DNA of 64,000 bases from Erythrobacter sp. (GTDB lineage Bacteria > Pseudomonadota > Alphaproteobacteria > Sphingomonadales > Sphingomonadaceae): NCBI GenBank assembly GCA_043567175.1, contig CP121323.1, forward strand, positions 1,382,813-1,446,812. The letters run 5' to 3'. Below are positions 1 to 8,556 of this stretch, piece by piece. The translations under genes were made by a program, and so were the position numbers. How positions within the stretch are numbered: position 1 is the stretch's first letter; every line of letters begins with the position of its first letter. Under the pieces are notes generated by a model. The model had not been told where the DNA came from and searched no databases. It saw only the letters and a list, made by a program, of their open reading frames with translations.

Positions 1-1
1 G

Positions 2-811
2 GCCACCCATGCACGCGAGGGCGAGCGCACGACTTTCGAGGCAAGCCAGGACCGCCCGGTCACCTTCGTCAAGCTGGAACTGAGCGGCGGCATCAATATC
101 GAGCGCGACGCCACCTTCCTCGAATTCAGCGAGATCATCGGCGAAGGGCGACAGGAGCCGGTCCCGCTGCTCTCGGCCTTTGAGGGCAAGTGGCGTGGGC
201 GCGGCGTGGTGCTCGAACTCGCGCAGGAAGGCTCGCTTGTTACGGGGTGCTATGATCGCAATGGCGAACTTGAAGGTGCAGTCTCCGGCAACATCCTGCG
301 CGCTCTGGGCACCGACCGCACAAGCGGGGTCAAAAGCGCCTTCGTCCTCAGCGTGGTCGATGGCGATGTGACCGGTGTTCGCTCGACCAATGGCGCGCCG
401 TTCAAGCTTTACGAGGGCGCGCCCGACGCCAATCTCAACACCGCCTGTTCGGCGCGCGAAAGGGTCGAGCCGCCACAGTGCGGCGCAACGCTTTACGGCA
501 TCCAGTTTGGCTACGATTCCGCCACCATCAGGCCCCAGTCCGCTGAGACGATCGCCTCGCTTGCAGCGGGGCTGAACGGGGTCGATGGCGCGAGCGTCAC
601 CATCGTCGGCCACACGTCGAGCGAGGGAAGCGATGCCTATAATCTCGAACTTTCGCAGCGGCGCGCCGAGGCGGTGGTCGAGGCGTTGAGAGCGCAAGGG
701 GTCGCCGTGGGGCTCTCCGCAAGAGGCGCGGGAGAGGCCGAACCGATCGCCGACAATGCAAGCGAGACGGGCCGCTCGCTTAACCGCCGGGTCGAGATCG
801 CCTGCTCGTAA
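2..811 (+). CDS. OmpA/MotB C-terminal domain protein, 5'-partial
   Basis: The frame of ORF 206..811 is open back to base 2. The C-terminus has OmpA-like motifs (IQFGYDSATI, GHTSSEGSDAYNLELSQRRAEAV, NRRVEI). Confidence 0.85.
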   Translation, partial: ATHAREGERTTFEASQDRPVTFVKLELSGGINIERDATFLEFSEIIGEGRQEPVPLLSAFEGKWRGRGVVLELAQEGSLVTGCYDRNGELEGAVSGNILRALGTDRTSGVKSAFVLSVVDGDVTGVRSTNGAPFKLYEGAPDANLNTACSARERVEPPQCGATLYGIQFGYDSATIRPQSAETIASLAAGLNGVDGASVTIVGHTSSEGSDAYNLELSQRRAEAVVEALRAQGVAVGLSARGAGEAEPIADNASETGRSLNRRVEIACS

Positions 812-1011
812 GGTCGCGCGGCCCCATCAGGCGAGAGGCGTGCACTGGCCTGTTTCCCGCCGCCATTGGCGCGCTGCTGGTGCTGGTCGTGATATTCTTG
901 CCGATCACCGCCTCAGGCTGCGACGCAATTCACCGGATCGAGAACCCGTTTTGCATCCGGCCCCGATCGCGATACACTCGCACATCTGCGCAATCCTTCG
1001 GGAGATCACCC

Positions 1012-1845
1012 ATGCTGAAACACATTGCCGCGGTCGCTTTGCCACTCATGCTGGTTTCAACGCATTTTTCCGCCATTGCGCAGGAAGATGCCCCCGCTGT
1101 CGCCGGCGATGCACCGCCCGCCTATGCGCAGACCGCCGCACGCCTCGCCAGCGCGATCCAGTCGGGCGAGGATCTGCAAGCGCACGAGGACATGTTTACC
1201 CTGATGCCGGAAGAGTTTGCCGAACTGGCAAAGCTCAAAGGCTGCCAGGCGGGGGTACAACCGGCTCCAACCCACGATACGGTGATCTTCAAATGGACCT
1301 GCGGCGACGGGACGGCGGTGCCAGGCCTCTCGCGAACCACTGTCATGCTGTTCGATCCCGATGGCCTGCTTCACAGCTTTGCGATCAACCAGCCGATCGA
1401 GGCGCTTGCGATTTCCGCGCAGGCGGCTGCGCAAGAAGGGGTCAACACGCACCGCTTTACGATGCGTTTTGCCCGCGCTGCGACCCGGGGCGAGGATCCG
1501 GGTTTTGGCGGCGCCCTCCCGCTCACCGAGCTTGATCGCGCCAGGCTGGCCCGGTTTGACGGCGGCGACTTCTGGGGGCCTCGTAAAGCACAACCGGGAT
1601 CGCAAAATGACGATGCAAAGACGATTAGGATCATCAGCCTTGGGCCCAAAGCCAGCCGATCGAGGCGAAAGGTCTACCTTTATTTCGACGCGGACGACCG
1701 ACCCATGGGGCTGATCTTTGCGCCGGTTCGCAACCCGGCCGCACAGCCAAGAGAAAACAAACCGGGAATGCCCGTCATGGACAGTTGGAACAATCAGGTC
1801 GGAAGAAGAAGCCAACCAACAAGCGACGACTGCATTTTCTGCTGA
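1012..1845 (+). CDS. Secreted hypothetical protein with an apparent internal duplication
   Basis: ATG at 1012 follows GGGAGA. Signal-peptide-like start MLKHIAAVALPLMLVSTHFSAIAQ. No family recognised. Confidence 0.6.
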   Translation: MLKHIAAVALPLMLVSTHFSAIAQEDAPAVAGDAPPAYAQTAARLASAIQSGEDLQAHEDMFTLMPEEFAELAKLKGCQAGVQPAPTHDTVIFKWTCGDGTAVPGLSRTTVMLFDPDGLLHSFAINQPIEALAISAQAAAQEGVNTHRFTMRFARAATRGEDPGFGGALPLTELDRARLARFDGGDFWGPRKAQPGSQNDDAKTIRIISLGPKASRSRRKVYLYFDADDRPMGLIFAPVRNPAAQPRENKPGMPVMDSWNNQVGRRSQPTSDDCIFC

Positions 1846-1885
1846 GGCTTTCCACGCTGTTCCCGCGCCAGCCTGACCAGCTGCG

Positions 1886-2701
1886 TCAGCCCACAAACGC
1901 CCGTTCGATCACGAACTGGCCGGGCTTGTTGTTCGCGCCCTCTTCAAAGCCGCGCTTTTCGAGGTCAGCGGCGTGGTCCTTGATCATCGCCATCGATCCG
2001 CACAGCATCACGCGATCTTCGTCGGGCACGAAACGCTGCGGGCCTTTTGATTGCTCGAACAGCCGGCCATCATCGATCAGCGTCTGGATGCGCCCCTGCG
2101 TGCGAAAGCTTTCGCGCGTGACGGTGGGCACATATATAAAGCGTTCGCGCTGATCGTCCTCGAGCAGCGGATCGCCTTCCAGCTTGCTTTCGAGCAATTC
2201 GCGATAGGCAAGATCCACCACGCGGCGCACCGAATGGACCACGATCACCTCGTCGAACATCTCGTAGACTTCCGGATCACGCGCGAGGCTCATGAACGGG
2301 GCAAGGCCGGTGCCGGTGGACAGCATGAACAGCCTTTTGCCCGGCAGCAGCGCATCGGTCACCAGCGTGCCGGTCGGCTTGCGGCCAAGATAGACCGGAT
2401 CGCCCGGCTTGATGTGTTGCAGGCGCGAGGTCAGCGGCCCGTCCTGGACGATGATCGAAAGGAATTCCAGTTCCTCGTCATAGCTGGGCGAGGCGACCGA
2501 ATAGGCGCGTAGCAACGGCTTGCCGTTTTCCTGCGGCAGGCCGATCATCACGAACTCGCCCGAACGAAAACGGAAACTGGCCGGCCGCGTCATCTTGAGC
2601 GTGAACAATTCCTCGTTCCACTGATGCACATGCGTGATCGTCTCGACGGTGAGCGCCGCGCTTTCGGTGAACTGGTCGCGGTCGGTAATGGGCATGTTCA
2701 T
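1886..2701 (-). CDS. fpr: Ferredoxin/flavodoxin-NADP+ reductase (bacterial type)
   Basis: Motifs RAYSVASP, GPLTSRL, LSTGTGLAPFMS, MLCGS and the C-terminal ERAFVG. Start is ATG 2701 or 2695. Confidence 0.93.
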   Translation of the reverse strand: MNMPITDRDQFTESAALTVETITHVHQWNEELFTLKMTRPASFRFRSGEFVMIGLPQENGKPLLRAYSVASPSYDEELEFLSIIVQDGPLTSRLQHIKPGDPVYLGRKPTGTLVTDALLPGKRLFMLSTGTGLAPFMSLARDPEVYEMFDEVIVVHSVRRVVDLAYRELLESKLEGDPLLEDDQRERFIYVPTVTRESFRTQGRIQTLIDDGRLFEQSKGPQRFVPDEDRVMLCGSMAMIKDHAADLEKRGFEEGANNKPGQFVIERAFVG

Positions 2702-2929
2702 GGGAAGATGTCTCGATTGTTCGGCATTGTCGGTCGGGTTGGCGCGCAAATGAACGTTTCGGACGCGCGCTTCAAGGTAGTTTCGGCATGGAGCGTGATA
2801 GACGCGCTTGAAAGCAAGGGATGCGATGCACCTTCAGCGACCAAGCATCCCTGCCGCGTCTGCCTGTAGCGAGCGATTGATCGGCGGTGTATGACCGGTT
2901 GTGGGGTGGGAAGAGGACATTGTCTATTC

Positions 2930-2956
2930 CGTCATTCCAGCGAAAGCTGGGATCGC
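2930..2956 (+). repeat. CGTC-tagged REP-like palindrome, left copy
   Basis: CGTCATTCCAGCGAAAGCTGGGATCGC, with an internal stem around GAAA. Confidence 0.85.
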
Positions 2957-2962
2957 TCACGG

Positions 2963-3247
2963 TCACAGTATGGTCTCGAAAAGGTCATCCCATTGAGGGT
3001 TGCTCTTTTCGATCTGCTCGATCTTCCACGCGCGCTTCCACGCCTTCATCGCTTTTTCCCTGGCAATCGCGTCGGTAATTTCAGCGTAATGCTCAGCATG
3101 GACCAGACGATCGAGGCCGTAACGGCGGCAGAAGGCTGAGCCTTTCCCTTGCTTGTGCTGTGTAACCCGCGCGGCGAGGTCGGCGCTGACACCGATGTAC
3201 AGCACACCGTCGCGTTTGTTGGTCATGATGTAGACCCAGCCACCCAT
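2963..3247 (-). CDS. Small GIY-YIG nuclease family protein
   Basis: WVYIMTNKRDGVLYIGVSADLAARVTQHK followed by AIAREKAMKAWKRAWKIEQIE. Confidence 0.9.
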   Translation of the reverse strand: MGGWVYIMTNKRDGVLYIGVSADLAARVTQHKQGKGSAFCRRYGLDRLVHAEHYAEITDAIAREKAMKAWKRAWKIEQIEKSNPQWDDLFETIL

Positions 3248-3273
3248 TGCCGTGAGCTAGCACGAGGTCGAGG

Positions 3274-3300
3274 GCGATCCCAGCTTTCGCTGGGATGACG
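3274..3300 (-). repeat. CGTC-tagged REP-like palindrome, right copy (inverted)
   Basis: Reverse complement CGTCATCCCAGCGAAAGCTGGGATCGC matches the left copy at 26 of 27 positions. Confidence 0.85.
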
Positions 3301-3427
3301 ATTGAGGCGCGATGCCGAAGTAAAGCAAATAGGGTCGCAAGCCGACAGTCCGCTCTTGTCTCGTTGAATCCAAAAGCCGTCGCTTGGCAGGCCGTCGCTT
3401 CTGCTGCCTTCCAAAAAGCCGGCGGCT

Positions 3428-4495
3428 TCAGTTCCACCCTGCCGCATCGTAGATCGCAACCGCCTTGGCCTGGTTGGCGCCGATGGTTGCGGTGCTCAGG
3501 TCATCGGCCCTGAATTCGCCCAGCGAGGCCACCGCCGAGGTCGGCGCGACGCCGGGGACGGCGGGGTATTCGTTGTTGCCGTTCGCAAAATAGCTCTGGG
3601 CGCTGTCGCTGGTGAGATATTCGAGGAAGCGGATCACGTTCTCGCGGTTGGGTGCGTTCTTCACGAGGCCAGCGCCGCTGATGTTCACATGGGTGCCGGT
3701 GGTCTCCTGATTGGGGAAGATCACGCCGATATTGTCGATCAGACCGCTTGTATCCTCATCGCTCGCATAGCGCGCGAGGTAGTAGGTGTTGACCACGCTG
3801 ATACCGCATTCGCCACTCGCGACCGCCTCGATATTGGCGGTGTCGTTGCCTTCGGGCGCGCGGCGGAAATTGGCGACCACGCCCTTGGCCCAGTCGAGCG
3901 CTGCATCCTCGCCCTGATGCGCGATGATGCTGGAGAGCAGCGAGATGTTGTAGATGTTGGACGAGGAACGCATGCAGATCCTCGCGCGGTGACGCGGATC
4001 GGCAAGGTCCTGGTAGGTCTCCAGCCCCTCGGGCCGACCGTCGGCAGCGTTGTAGATGATGATGCGCGCACGCGTCGAAAGGCCGAACCAGAGGCCTTCG
4101 GGGTGGCGCAGATTTTCCGGGATACGCTGTGCCAGCACTTCGGATTCAACCGGCGCGAGGACGCCGGCTTCCTCGGCGCGCCACAGCCGCCCTGCATCGA
4201 CCGTGATGAGCAGGTCCGCAGGCGAATATTCGCCTTCGCTCGCAATCCGCTCGATCAGCGCATCCGCACCCGCCTCGATGCGGTTGACCTTGATGCCGGT
4301 TTCCCTGGTGAAGTCCTCGTAGAGCGCAAGGTCGGTGTCGTAATGGCGCGAGGAATAGATGTTGACCTCGCCGGTGATCTCGACCGCGTCGGCGGCTTCA
4401 TCGGCGCTCTGCCCGCAAGCCGAGAGCACGAAGGCTCCCAATGCGGCGAAAAGGAAATTGCGGGTGCGCGAGGTGGGCCGGATGCTGTTTTTCAC
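3428..4495 (-). CDS. fbpA: Fe(III) ABC transporter substrate-binding lipoprotein (FutA/FbpA type)
   Basis: GTG start at 4495, lipobox VLSAC, and motifs VNIYSSRHY, ADLLITVDAG, VNTYY, NISG and NNEYP. Confidence 0.9.
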   Translation of the reverse strand: MKNSIRPTSRTRNFLFAALGAFVLSACGQSADEAADAVEITGEVNIYSSRHYDTDLALYEDFTRETGIKVNRIEAGADALIERIASEGEYSPADLLITVDAGRLWRAEEAGVLAPVESEVLAQRIPENLRHPEGLWFGLSTRARIIIYNAADGRPEGLETYQDLADPRHRARICMRSSSNIYNISLLSSIIAHQGEDAALDWAKGVVANFRRAPEGNDTANIEAVASGECGISVVNTYYLARYASDEDTSGLIDNIGVIFPNQETTGTHVNISGAGLVKNAPNRENVIRFLEYLTSDSAQSYFANGNNEYPAVPGVAPTSAVASLGEFRADDLSTATIGANQAKAVAIYDAAGWN

Positions 4496-4521
4496 GTGGG
4501 TGATTCTCTTTCGTCCAATAC

Positions 4522-4540
4522 TTTGCGAATGATTTGCATT
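4522..4540. promoter_or_regulatory. Fur-like iron box upstream of fbpA
   Basis: TGCGAAT-G-ATTTGCA (4524-4538) is a 7-1-7 inverted repeat with one mismatch, about 30 bp upstream of the fbpA start. Confidence 0.7.
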
Positions 4541-4613
4541 ATTATGGCGGATTGGCAAGCAAAGCCGTCTCAAGACACCGCTCTTGCCCATGCCTTTCAC
4601 GAACCGGCTTTGC

Positions 4614-5705
4614 TCAGTCCGACACGAAGACCCGCACCGTGTCGGGATCGGGATAAATGCGGTAGCGGCTGCCCTGACGGATATGGTCAGCGGCCGATTG
4701 CGGCACTTCGGCGGTGATTTCGGCGCCCCCTGGATGGCGCAGCAGCACGCGCGCGCGCTCGCCCAGCGGATGGACATCGCGCACGGCTATGCCCTGCCCG
4801 TCAGGCTCGAGCCGCAGGGCGCGCGCCTGGACAAGCAGTTCGACCTCCTCGCCTTCCCTGCCCGGCAAATCCTCGCCGCCCCTTTGGGCATATCCGCGCG
4901 CGCATTCAGGCGGCCAGCGGCCAAAGACGCTTTCATAGGCGCCCTTTTTCACGATAGCCCGGATGATCTGTGCGCCGCCGAACATCGCCCCCACGGCAGG
5001 CGTGGCAGGCGCATTGTAGAGCTCTTGCGGGGTGCCGAACTGAACGATCCGCCCGGCTTCCATCACCGCGATCCGGTCGGCAATGTCGAGCGCTTCATCG
5101 GGGTCGTGGGTGACGAGGATCGTCGTCGTCCCGCGCTCGCGCAGCAGGATCCGGCATTCACGGCGCAAGGACCGGCGCAGCACGATGTCGACGCTGGCAA
5201 AGGGCTCGTCCATCAACAGCACGCGCGGCTCGGGCGCCATCGCGCGGGCAAGCGCGGCGCGCTGCTGCTGGCCACCCGAGAGCTCGTGCGGATAGCGCTG
5301 GCCCAGCCCGCCCAGCCCGACCCGCGCAAGCCAGCCCTCGATCTCGCCTGCCCTGTCCGCGCGGCGATTCTTCGGAAGGCCAAAGCCGATATTTGCGCGC
5401 AGGGTCATGTGGGGGAACAAGGCGGCGTCCTGGAAAACAAGGCCCACGGGCCGCGCTTCAGGCGGGGGCGAGGCACCCGGCTGCGCGAGCGCCTCGCCAT
5501 CGAGCATGATTTCGCCCTCCTGCAGCGCCAGCAATCCCGCCGCGAGATTCAGCAAGGTTGACTTGCCGCAACCCGACGCGCCAAGCAGGCAGGTGATTTC
5601 ACCTGCGGGCGCTGTGAAGCTCACATCTTCCAGCGCGCGTGTTCCTCCACGCTTGTTTCCCCTGGCGCCGTAAGAATGGGCAATATGGCTGAATTCGAGG
5701 CTCAA
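4614..5705 (-). CDS. fbpC: Fe(III) ABC transporter ATP-binding protein
   Basis: Walker A GASGCGKS, signature LSGGQQQ, Walker B LLMDE and H-loop VTHD. TTG start. Confidence 0.88.
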   Translation of the reverse strand: MSLEFSHIAHSYGARGNKRGGTRALEDVSFTAPAGEITCLLGASGCGKSTLLNLAAGLLALQEGEIMLDGEALAQPGASPPPEARPVGLVFQDAALFPHMTLRANIGFGLPKNRRADRAGEIEGWLARVGLGGLGQRYPHELSGGQQQRAALARAMAPEPRVLLMDEPFASVDIVLRRSLRRECRILLRERGTTTILVTHDPDEALDIADRIAVMEAGRIVQFGTPQELYNAPATPAVGAMFGGAQIIRAIVKKGAYESVFGRWPPECARGYAQRGGEDLPGREGEEVELLVQARALRLEPDGQGIAVRDVHPLGERARVLLRHPGGAEITAEVPQSAADHIRQGSRYRIYPDPDTVRVFVSD

Positions 5706-5827
5706 ATGGCTGGTCTCAAGCAGTGTGGCCGGCGCTCGCGAAAGCGTGCGTGGTGAGCCGCCTTAGGCAATTTAGCGCTGCCGAGGCAAGCGCGCCGGAG
5801 CGCGAGCGTGATCGCGGACCACGCCGT

Positions 5828-7471
5828 ATGCCCGCACTTGGCGCCGGGGCTGCCTGGCTGGTCGCCGCGCTGGTCATCGCAGTTCTTGCCGCGGTGCCGC
5901 TGGTGGCCGTCGCCATCAATGCGCCGATGGGCGGCCTGGCGGGGCTCGCCCAGCTTTCAGGCTCGGTGCTGACCCGTTACATCCTCAACACCGCCGCGCT
6001 GATGGTGCTTACCGGAGCGCTCGCAAGCCTGATGGGCGTATCGGCGGCCTGGTTCGTGAGCGCCTGCACCTTTCCGGGCCGCCGTGTGCTTTCCTGGGCG
6101 CTGGTGCTGCCGCTGGCCGTGCCGTCCTATATTGCCGCCTATGTCTATGCCGACCTGCTCGATTTTTCGGGGCCGGTGCAAAGCGCCTTGCGCGCAGCTA
6201 CGGGCTGGGGCGTCGATGATTACAGCTTTCCGCCTGTGCGCAGCCTTGTGGGCGGGGCGATCATTCTCGCCCTCGTGCTCTACCCTTATATCTACCTGCT
6301 CGCGCGCGCTGCCTTCGCGACCCAGAGCACGGGACAGTTCCGCGCGGCGCGCAGCCTCGGCGCCCGCCCCGCCGAGGCCTTTCGCCGCATTGCCCTGCCC
6401 GCCGCACGGCCCGCAATCGCGGGAGGCCTCGCGCTGGTGCTGATGGAGGTGCTGGCGGATTTCGGCCTCGCTGAATATTTCGCCATCCCCACCTTCTCGA
6501 CCGGCATTTTCCGAAGCTGGCTGGCGATGGGCGACAAGGATGCAGCGATGGGGCTGGCTGCGCTCATGCTGTTATTCGTCGCCGGCCTGGTGGCGCTGGA
6601 GGCGAGGACCCGCAGCGGACGCAGCGAGAGCAGCGACGGATTTGCCAATGCCGCCTCGACCGAGCCGCTCGTGGCGCTTTCGCCCATGGGCCAGCTTGGC
6701 GCGCTGCTCGCCTGCACGCTGCCGGTGGCGCTCGGATTCGCGATCCCCGCGCTGCGCCTTGCGACACTGGCCTTCGAGGATGCCGCGATCCGCGCCTCGG
6801 CCGCCTTGAGCGACTATGCAGCTGCAAGCCTGTGGCTGGGTGTGGCTGTCGCGCTCACCACCACCACGCTTGCGCTGGTGCTCGCCTTTGCCAAGACGCG
6901 CAGCCCCGGTCCGCTGGTGGGAGGGATCGCGAGATTCGCAACCCTGGGTTACGCGCTGCCCGGCGCGCTGCTCGCGGTGGGCCTGCTGGCCCCGCTCGGC
7001 ACGCTCGACCAGGCCCTTACCGGACTAGCCCGATCAAGCCTTGGCTATACCGGCGGCCTGATCCTCACCGGCACCAGCATCATCCTGATATATGCGCTGG
7101 CCGTGCGGTTCCTGACGGTCGCCTATAACGCGCTGGAGGGCGGGATGGCGCGCATCCCTTCATCGCTAGACGCCGCCGCGCGCTCGCTGGGCGCAGGCCC
7201 TTCAAGAGTGCTGGCGCGCATCTACATTCCGCTGCTGCGCCCCAGCCTGCTTGCCGCCCTGGCCCTGGTCCTGATCGACACGTTGCGCGAATTGCCCGCG
7301 ACGCTGATCCTGCGTCCGTTCAACCTCGAGACGCTCGCGACGCGCACCTATCGCCTCGCCAGCGACGAGCGTTTGACCGAGGCTTCGATCCCCGCGCTGA
7401 TCCTGCTGGCAGTGGGCCTGATCCCGGTGATCATGCTGACCCGCGGCACGGCGCGACAGGACCAGAACTGA
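5828..7471 (+). CDS. fbpB: Fe(III) ABC transporter permease (two BPD_transp_1 repeats)
   Basis: Hydrophobic protein with two EAA-like loops (AARSLGA twice) and motifs LYPYIYLL and ELPATLILRPFN. Start is uncertain (5723-5828). Confidence 0.88.
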   Translation: MPALGAGAAWLVAALVIAVLAAVPLVAVAINAPMGGLAGLAQLSGSVLTRYILNTAALMVLTGALASLMGVSAAWFVSACTFPGRRVLSWALVLPLAVPSYIAAYVYADLLDFSGPVQSALRAATGWGVDDYSFPPVRSLVGGAIILALVLYPYIYLLARAAFATQSTGQFRAARSLGARPAEAFRRIALPAARPAIAGGLALVLMEVLADFGLAEYFAIPTFSTGIFRSWLAMGDKDAAMGLAALMLLFVAGLVALEARTRSGRSESSDGFANAASTEPLVALSPMGQLGALLACTLPVALGFAIPALRLATLAFEDAAIRASAALSDYAAASLWLGVAVALTTTTLALVLAFAKTRSPGPLVGGIARFATLGYALPGALLAVGLLAPLGTLDQALTGLARSSLGYTGGLILTGTSIILIYALAVRFLTVAYNALEGGMARIPSSLDAAARSLGAGPSRVLARIYIPLLRPSLLAALALVLIDTLRELPATLILRPFNLETLATRTYRLASDERLTEASIPALILLAVGLIPVIMLTRGTARQDQN

Positions 7472-7494
7472 AGCACGCGAACAAGGCGCAAAAG

Positions 7495-7512
7495 TGTAAG
7501 GCAAAACTGTCA
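7495..7512. promoter_or_regulatory. Imperfect PpsR operator upstream of bchI
   Basis: TGTAAGGCAAAACTGTCA is TGT-N12-TCA, one mismatch from TGT-N12-ACA. Confidence 0.4.
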
Positions 7513-7554
7513 CTTTCGCTTGTCCGAAGGCTCACAAGAGGCCATGACAGGCGC

Positions 7555-8556
7555 ATGGCACGTTTTCCCTTTTCGGCCATTGTTGGCCAGGATGAAATGA
7601 AGCAGGCGCTGTTGATCGCGGCTGTCGATCCGAGCGTTGGCGGCGTGATGGTCTTTGGCGATCGCGGCACCGGCAAATCAACCGCGGCGAGAGCGCTGGC
7701 AAAGCTCCTCCCGCCGATCACCGCGATCGAGAATTGCCCCTATGGCTGCTCGAAGGAAGACCAGGCGCGCTATCCCGACGTGTGCGGTAGCGGGCCCTTG
7801 CGCAAACGCGCGGTCCCCTTCGTCGACATGCCGCTGGGAGCGACAGAGGACCGGGTGATCGGCAGCCTCGATCTTGAACGGGCTCTTCGCGCAGGCGAGA
7901 AATCCTTCGAACCCGGCCTGCTGGCAAAAGCCCATCGCGGCTTTCTCTATATTGACGAGATCAACCTTCTCGAAGACCACCTCGTCGACCTGCTGCTGGA
8001 CGTGGCTGCCTCGGGCGAGAACGTGGTCGAGCGCGAGGGTCTCTCGGTGCGCCACCCGGCCAAGTTCGTGCTGATCGGCAGCGGAAACCCCGAAGAGGGC
8101 GAGTTGCGCCCGCAATTGCTCGACCGCTTCGGCCTCTCGGTCGAAGTCAGGACGCCGACCGATATCGAGACGCGGATTGCGATCATGCGGCTCGTGGCCG
8201 AGCAGGAGCGCGATCCCGAAGGCTTTGCCGAAAAGTGGGCCGAGGAAGATGACAAGATCCTCAAGCAGGTCGCGCGCGGCAAGAACAAGCTGGCCAAGCT
8301 GGAAGCGGGCGAGGACGTGCTGATGGACGCCGCGCAATTGTGTCTTGCGGTGGGCGCCGATGGCCTTCGCGGAGAGCTGACGCTGATGCGCGCGGCGCGG
8401 GCGATCGCCGCGCTCCAGGGCGCAAAGTCGGTGCGACGCGAACATCTGATAGCGATAGCCCCGTCGGCTCTGCGCCACCGCCTGCGCCGCGACGTGCTCG
8501 ATGAGACCGGTTCGACCGTGCGCATCACCCGCGCGATCGAAGAACTCTTTGGATGA
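7555..8556 (+). CDS. bchI: Magnesium chelatase subunit I
   Basis: FPFSAIVGQ, GDRGTGKST, LYIDEINLLEDH, ELRPQLLDRFG. Confidence 0.97.
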   Translation: MARFPFSAIVGQDEMKQALLIAAVDPSVGGVMVFGDRGTGKSTAARALAKLLPPITAIENCPYGCSKEDQARYPDVCGSGPLRKRAVPFVDMPLGATEDRVIGSLDLERALRAGEKSFEPGLLAKAHRGFLYIDEINLLEDHLVDLLLDVAASGENVVEREGLSVRHPAKFVLIGSGNPEEGELRPQLLDRFGLSVEVRTPTDIETRIAIMRLVAEQERDPEGFAEKWAEEDDKILKQVARGKNKLAKLEAGEDVLMDAAQLCLAVGADGLRGELTLMRAARAIAALQGAKSVRREHLIAIAPSALRHRLRRDVLDETGSTVRITRAIEELFG

